From IMG/VR virus record IMGVR_UViG_3300023184_000047, positions 1 through 34,056 of that record: a stretch of 34,056 nt of DNA. One strand, 5' to 3'. A program made the translations under genes and the position numbers. Of the stretch, positions 33,387-34,056 are shown piece by piece. This DNA is from a virus. Lineage: Duplodnaviria > Heunggongvirae > Uroviricota > Caudoviricetes. Positions within the stretch are counted from its first letter, which is position 1; each line of letters opens with the position of its first letter. A model generated the notes under the pieces. The model had not been told where the DNA came from. It worked only from the letters and a program-made list of their open reading frames with translations, and ran no database searches.

Positions 33387-34056
33387 AAATTCTAAAATAC
33401 TAGTAACAGGATCAACAGGAATGGTAGGATCGGCTGTTGTTAAAATATTAAAAGAGATGGGTTATACCAATTTATTAACCCCCCCTCGAAAAGAACTTAA
33501 CCTAACTAACCCTCAAGAAGTTAATACATATTTTGCTTCTAATAAACCAGAATATGTTTTTCTTATAGCTGCTAAAGTAGGAGGAATTCACGCTAACATG
33601 ACTTATCGAGCAGATTTTATCTTTGATAATCTAATGATGCAGAGTAACACAATAAATGCTAGTAAAGAAAATAATGTTAAAAAAATATTATTTGTTAGTA
33701 GTGGATGTGTTTACCCAAAATGGGCAGATAATCCAATTGTTGAAGATGCTATGTTAACTGGGAAATTAGAACCTTCCAATGAACATTATTCTATAGCTAA
33801 AATAGCAGGAATCAAGATGTGTGAAGCTTATCATTTGCAGTATGGATTAGATTATGCTGTTGTTATTCCTAATAACATTTATGGTCCTGGAGATAATTAT
33901 CATCCTGAAAATTCTCATGTAATGGCTTCTTTAATTAAAAAATTTCATGAAGCTATTCAAAATAAAACTGATGTTGAAATATGGGGAAGTGGAAAACAAA
34001 TGAGAGAATTTGTATATGTTACTGATGTTGCAAAAGCATGTGTTTCTCTAATGGAT
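33379..34056 (+). CDS. fcl: GDP-L-fucose synthase, 3'-truncated by the window edge (not in ORF track)
   Basis: MDKNSKILVTGSTGMVGSA, AAKVGGIHAN, SSGCVYP, YSIAKIAG, NIYGPGDNY, WGSG.. MREF; open to the window end. Confidence 0.93.
   Translation, partial: MDKNSKILVTGSTGMVGSAVVKILKEMGYTNLLTPPRKELNLTNPQEVNTYFASNKPEYVFLIAAKVGGIHANMTYRADFIFDNLMMQSNTINASKENNVKKILFVSSGCVYPKWADNPIVEDAMLTGKLEPSNEHYSIAKIAGIKMCEAYHLQYGLDYAVVIPNNIYGPGDNYHPENSHVMASLIKKFHEAIQNKTDVEIWGSGKQMREFVYVTDVAKACVSLMD

Noticed and set aside
1-34056. Stop-codon reassignment (alternative genetic code)
   Set aside because: Conserved genes are intact under code 11; TAA dominates, but TAG (4743, 29276) and TGA (22160) end genes at sensible positions.

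Overview
This AT-rich window is gene-dense, with every credible gene on the + strand. It reads as part of a large lytic dsDNA phage genome with a T4-type replisome. The host is most likely a Bacteroidetes/Flavobacteriia member, inferred from the lack of Shine-Dalgarno motifs, TAnnTTT(A/G) promoter boxes, a GKNN...AVAA tmRNA tag and a Cys-less QueC. In order: (1) 1-2764, 7-deazaguanine genes queD (partial) and queC, flanking a thioredoxin and a 262-aa TGT/DpdA-like base-exchange enzyme; (2) 3151-4205, a non-coding island with a ~305-nt structured RNA candidate, two tRNA-like genes that share acceptor/T arms but have aberrant anticodon domains, a ~140-nt structured RNA candidate between them, and a tmRNA with a 35-codon tag; (3) 4830-7698, a lysis/envelope cassette with three holin-like proteins, a stand-alone chemoreceptor four-helix-bundle protein, a beta-barrel-like protein and a GH19 endolysin; (4) 7772-10356, queE, folE, a purine phosphoribosyltransferase and a MazG-like pyrophosphatase; (5) 10713-16647, first glycosylation block; (6) 16675-24855, DNA polymerase B, sliding clamp, GroES/GroEL, clamp loader, PD-(D/E)XK nuclease; (7) 24874-34056, second glycosylation and nucleotide-sugar block ending in a partial GDP-L-fucose synthase. 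The best candidates for something undescribed are the ncRNA island, a deazaguanine pathway with both base-exchange and nucleotide-pool genes, and the orphan chemoreceptor sensor among the lysis genes. All calls come from motif recognition and manual base-pairing; no database search or folding program was run.
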